From Nitrosopumilus sp. (GTDB taxonomy: Archaea > Thermoproteota > Nitrososphaeria > Nitrososphaerales > Nitrosopumilaceae), in assembly GCA_965214775.1 (NCBI GenBank), contig OZ243974.1, forward strand, positions 1 through 64,000: a DNA stretch of 64,000 bases. Reading direction: 5' to 3'. This document shows positions 49,570 through 64,000 of the stretch, piece after piece; position 1 is the first letter of the stretch, and every line of letters starts with the position of its first letter. Under the pieces are notes generated by a model. It was not told the DNA's origin. It did no database searches and worked only from the letters and a program-made list of their open reading frames with translations. Both the position numbers and the translations under genes were made by a program.

Positions 49570-49902
49570 ATGCAAGACAGATCGTTGCTCCTACAGTACA
49601 TGGGTGACACGCCAAAACTCAGAATCATAGACTTTTTTCTGGATAACGCAGGCAGTGACTATTCTAAAAAGGAGATAATAGAGTATACGGGCATCTCAAA
49701 GACTACGCTCTACAAGATCTGGGATGAAGTCATGCAGTTTGGGTTTCTAAAGGCCACAAGAAAGTTCGGCAAGGCACAGCTGTATTCTCTAAACAGTGAA
49801 AGCGAGCTAATCCTAAAATTCAAGGCACTAGACGGCGAGCTGGCTAGGCAAGCCATGCAAAAGGCGCTAGGGCCAATTCCTGCTCGGGAACCGCTACACT
49901 AA
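49570..49902 (+). CDS. Winged helix-turn-helix protein
   Basis: LRIIDFF..DYSKKEI...GISKTTLY, TRKFGKAQLYSLN. Confidence 0.85.
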   Translation: MQDRSLLLQYMGDTPKLRIIDFFLDNAGSDYSKKEIIEYTGISKTTLYKIWDEVMQFGFLKATRKFGKAQLYSLNSESELILKFKALDGELARQAMQKALGPIPAREPLH

Positions 49903-49907
49903 CGGCT

Positions 49908-51451
49908 GTAAGAGTTTACCCCTCCTCCGCATAATTTAGATTGAGCACAAGGCCCATTTTTGATCACCATCTGGATCCATATGCGTCTAGACCACACCTG
50001 TATTCATGCCTGATTCAGAGACCAAGATATTGCGCGACGAGCTGGCCCGCATCATAGTCGAATTAGGCAGGAAGGATAGAACCATCGCAGACAAGGATCT
50101 GACAATAGTCAGGCTTACCGAACAGCTGGCCGAGGTCACGGCAGAAAAGACGATGCTGACAGCAGAAAACCAGCAGCTCAAACAGCACATCAAATACTAC
50201 GAAAATCCGCACACCCCCTCATCGCAGAACTCGATTCCGACCAGGCAGAAAAAGACTGCTGCTGCAAAGGCATCAGGCAACGTACCGGCATCTGCAAAGG
50301 CAAAGCCGGGCCGCAGGCAGGGACACAAGGGAGTATCACACAAGAGAAAGCCGACTGAGTTTGTAAAGCACTGCCCCAAAAAGTGCGACAAGTGCAACAG
50401 CACCAACATGAAGAAACCCGAAAAGTTGTTCTCAAAGACCGTGACTGAGATCCCCAAGAAGCCCAAACCGGTCACGACAGAGCAGTACACCGCATACAAA
50501 CGCGAATGCGCCGACTGCGGCCACGTGTGTATGGAGGATGACAGGGACTGGAACGTGCCTGAAACCGAGTTTGGACCAAACATTACGGGGATGATAACTT
50601 CAATGCACATGGCACCTGCCTCCATACAGGCCACGGCCACACTGTGCTCAGAAATCCTGGACATGGACGTCTCAGAGGCAGGCGTGCTGCAGTGCCTGAG
50701 GGCCTGCACCAAGGCAATAAAGCCCAGCGTAGAGGGCATCAAGCAGGCCATCCGAGATTCTGATTATCTGCATATTGACGAGACTGCCATGCCATACAAC
50801 GGCAGGACGGCCCGCATATGGGTAATAGTGGGCAAGAACAAGGACGGCTCCACGACCGGCGTCCACACGCTGGCCGCACCCAGCAGGGCCAGGGTCGTAG
50901 TGGATACGAACTTTCCGTATTATGATAAACCAGTTACAGTTGATGGGTACGGCGTATATGTCGTATTCAAGATCAGGCAGTGGTGCTGGGCACACATACT
51001 CCGGGAGGCCAAGGACGCCAGCAAGACTTCCCGGCAGGCCCACGCGCTGTATACGGCCCTCAAGAAAAAGTTCCTCTTTGCCAAGGGGCTGGGGCCGCCG
51101 GAGGGCGCCGCCCAGCACGACATGCTGGTAGTCGAGACACGCGCGCTGGCCGTAGCATTCAGGGAGGCAGGTTGCAAAAAATTTGCCACAAAGCTTGAGA
51201 ACGCCTCAGAATACCTGTACACGTTCGTGCTGTATCCGGGCATGGAGCCCACCAACAACCTGGCCGAGCGCATGCTGAGGCCGTCCGTAATTGCGCGCAA
51301 GATATTCCAGGGACTCCGTACCATGGAGGGCATGGAGATGTTCACCGTGCTGATGACGTGCACGATGAACTGGCGCGCCCAGGGTTGCAACGTGAGTGAG
51401 ATGGTCGCCAAGACCCTGACTGGAAACGTCGCCTGAGGGGTAAACTCTTAC
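49908..51451 (+). mobile_element. IS66-family element, copy 2 (single ORF, intact)
   Basis: Perfect TIR gtaagagtttacccctc; no flanking TSD seen. Confidence 0.93.
50006..51436 (+). CDS. IS66-family transposase
   Basis: Leucine zipper, Zn finger, HIDET, VDGY, QWCWAHILR, PTNNLAERMLR. Confidence 0.94.
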   Translation: MPDSETKILRDELARIIVELGRKDRTIADKDLTIVRLTEQLAEVTAEKTMLTAENQQLKQHIKYYENPHTPSSQNSIPTRQKKTAAAKASGNVPASAKAKPGRRQGHKGVSHKRKPTEFVKHCPKKCDKCNSTNMKKPEKLFSKTVTEIPKKPKPVTTEQYTAYKRECADCGHVCMEDDRDWNVPETEFGPNITGMITSMHMAPASIQATATLCSEILDMDVSEAGVLQCLRACTKAIKPSVEGIKQAIRDSDYLHIDETAMPYNGRTARIWVIVGKNKDGSTTGVHTLAAPSRARVVVDTNFPYYDKPVTVDGYGVYVVFKIRQWCWAHILREAKDASKTSRQAHALYTALKKKFLFAKGLGPPEGAAQHDMLVVETRALAVAFREAGCKKFATKLENASEYLYTFVLYPGMEPTNNLAERMLRPSVIARKIFQGLRTMEGMEMFTVLMTCTMNWRAQGCNVSEMVAKTLTGNVA

Positions 51452-51519
51452 TACTGAATAATATAGAAAATATATAATCGGGCAGGTGCAAAAAAAAGAA
51501 TAAGAGAGACTGAAAAAAC

Positions 51520-51672
51520 ATGGCATTACAAAAGTCAGGAGCAAAGACGTTGTACTTGGCTGAAAACACCGTCCGGATTAACACCGGAAAACCGTTTGCA
51601 AAAGATTGTGATCTTCCTTTCAAAAAAGGCGCGCAGGGGACAATGACAGTGATCATTGAAAAAAAGGATTGA
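51520..51672 (+). CDS. 50-aa protein, possibly archaeal AbrB-like
   Basis: MALQKSGAKTLYLAENTVRINTGKPFAKDCDLPFKKGAQGTMTVIIEKKD*; below the ORF-track cutoff. Confidence 0.45.
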   Translation: MALQKSGAKTLYLAENTVRINTGKPFAKDCDLPFKKGAQGTMTVIIEKKD

Positions 51673-51691
51673 AAACCGGAAAAATTCAAAG

Positions 51692-53032
51692 ATGAACGGC
51701 AGGAAAAAATTCTTAATTGTGGGAAGCGGCGGCCGCGAAAGTGCGTTTGCGACCAGGCTTGCAGAAGACACGGTACTTTATGCCGTAACAGGACATGAAA
51801 ACAAGACCATAGTTGATTGCGTAAACAGCACGGGCGGAAGATACATGATTGGAAACACAAGCAGTCCCGAACTTATTGCAGACTTTGCAAAGAGACACCA
51901 GATCGACTATGCCTTTGTAAGTGCCGACGAGCCACTGGCCAACGGAGTCATCGACATGCTGCTAGAAAACGACATCAAGGCAATCGGCGGCACAAAAGAG
52001 GCCGCGCGCATCGAGTGGGACAAGGTATACTCGATTAAGATGATGAAAAGGCTGTGCCCCGAGTTTACGCCGTTTTTTATGGTTGTCAAGAATCCAGAGA
52101 TGATAAGTGACGCAATACGCGAGTTTGAATCACGGAACTTGCAAATAGTCGTAAAGCCGCAGGGGCTGACAGGCGGAAAGGGTGTAAAGGTGATGCCCGA
52201 GCATCTAAAGTCATACCGGGACTGTCATGATTATTCCATGAGGCTCTTTGAGAAGAATCCCGATGAAAGCATCCTTCTAGTTGAAAGGCTGAAAGGAATA
52301 GAATTTACAATAATGGGAATCACCGACGGCAAAAACCTGGTACTGGCTCCTGCAAGCTACGACTATCCGTTCAGGTACGAGGACGACGTCGGTGCAGGGA
52401 CAGGCGGAATGGGATGTTTTACCAACTCAGAGGAGAGGCTTCCGTTTATGAGCAGGCAGGATCTGAGCGACTGCAAGTCGGTCATGCAGAGGATCATCGA
52501 CGAGATGCGCTGCAATGGACTCTTTTTTAACGGGGTGCTAAACGGGGGGTTTTTCAAGACAAGGGACGGCATCAGGTTCATGGAGTTTAACGGGCGTTTT
52601 GGTGATCCGGAAGGTCTCAACGTACTCAGCGTTTTGCAGGGATCGTTCTCTGAGCTTCTCATACACATCTGGAACAGGACGCTATCAGAGGACGCCGTAA
52701 GATTTGTCCGAAAGGCCAGCGTGACAAAATACCTGGTTGCAAAAGAGTATCCCGACAAAAGCAGGGAGCCAAGTGTCTTTTGCATAGAGGAAGACAGGGT
52801 TGCAGAGATGGGCATAAGGATCTATTTTGCCTCCTGCATCCAGACAGGCAAAAACCAGTATCAGACACTGAGAAGATCAAGGGTCGTTGCATTTGGCATG
52901 GTTTCAGACAAGATAAGCGATGCCTGTAATGCAATAAACCGCGCAATTGACGACTTTGTTTCCGGCCCGCTGGAATACAGGCGCGACATCGGCTCGTTAA
53001 AAAGCCTGGAGAGGCTAAAAAACGCACTCTGA
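51692..53032 (+). CDS. purD: Phosphoribosylamine--glycine ligase
   Basis: VGSGGRE, VKPQGLTGGKGV, GTGGMG, EFNGRFGDPE. Confidence 0.93.
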   Translation: MNGRKKFLIVGSGGRESAFATRLAEDTVLYAVTGHENKTIVDCVNSTGGRYMIGNTSSPELIADFAKRHQIDYAFVSADEPLANGVIDMLLENDIKAIGGTKEAARIEWDKVYSIKMMKRLCPEFTPFFMVVKNPEMISDAIREFESRNLQIVVKPQGLTGGKGVKVMPEHLKSYRDCHDYSMRLFEKNPDESILLVERLKGIEFTIMGITDGKNLVLAPASYDYPFRYEDDVGAGTGGMGCFTNSEERLPFMSRQDLSDCKSVMQRIIDEMRCNGLFFNGVLNGGFFKTRDGIRFMEFNGRFGDPEGLNVLSVLQGSFSELLIHIWNRTLSEDAVRFVRKASVTKYLVAKEYPDKSREPSVFCIEEDRVAEMGIRIYFASCIQTGKNQYQTLRRSRVVAFGMVSDKISDACNAINRAIDDFVSGPLEYRRDIGSLKSLERLKNAL

Positions 53033-53249
53033 CTGCCGTCAAAACATCCAGAGAAAGCAAGACGTTTTTTTTTTGTTTTTCAAATCCAACATATCAGCTG
53101 ATATGCAAAGAAGGCACAAAGTTTTCCCATGGTAGGGCAGAACGGCAGGTACAGGACGTGGGGATCCGCATAGATAGGCGCATGGCATGACGCTACGGTG
53201 AAAGTGGACAACTGCGGGCGTGCCGGTGAATCGTTCATCAGAGATACAG

Positions 53250-53377
53250 TAGTGCGTAATTCTGTGTTTTAGTTGAGAAACGATTACTGTTATTATTGTT
53301 TTTTTTTTTTGTTAAATGGCCGGCATGTCAAAAATATGATCCGTCTTTTTTTTTTTGTTTGTTTGGCGTGCGCACTG
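53250..53377. mobile_element. Degenerate M6-like MITE with expanded T tracts
   Basis: tagtgcg...aaaatatgatcc...gtgcgcactg resembles the M6 ends and interior. Confidence 0.4.
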
Positions 53378-53494
53378 CAAGGAAGGTCTTCGATACGTTT
53401 GAGAACAGGGATAGATCCGTAGAAAGGCTTTGATGAAAAGGATGTCGTACCTGTGAAAATATCCCGATACTTGGTGTGCCAACTGCGCCACGTG

Positions 53495-64000
<10,506 letters not shown>

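Noticed and set aside
53090-53105. Perfect 16-bp palindrome catatcagctgatatg
   Set aside because: Single occurrence after the purD T-tract with no associated promoter or second copy.

Overview
Archaeal DNA from a Nitrosopumilaceae (Thaumarchaeota/Nitrososphaerota) genome. It is probably host-associated, inferred from the heavy IS/MITE load, many pseudogenes and a giant surface protein. The housekeeping backbone comprises srp19, gar1, tfb, sufC, a Cld/ChdC-like gene, AKR, ahbAB, sirC, hemA, hemB, an intron-containing tRNA-Leu(CAA), SSB, pgk, sufUSDB, ADH, UspA, prohibitin and purD. It is interrupted by IS481, IS5 (three kinds), IS630, IS66 and ISH3 elements and by at least seven families of 79-135 bp MITEs, many with readable target-site duplications (TSDs). 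The window ends inside a >3,500-aa LVIVD/Ig-like/CFI-box-CTERM surface protein gene. Main leads: (1) a 37-bp duplication around a 37-bp insert in a subtilase gene, resembling off-target Cas1-Cas2 spacer integration; (2) a MITE+IS66 composite transposon with cargo; (3) an IS481-mediated inversion supported by three sequence clues; (4) a STAND-like ATPase-wHTH followed by 3x64-bp repeats; (5) a DUF3800-like gene followed by a foldable element; (6) a glycosyltransferase frameshifted at a C6G7 tract; (7) a shared operator upstream of the separated sufC and sufB. No cas genes, true CRISPR array, rRNA or reverse transcriptase were seen. All family assignments are by motif recognition, not database search.
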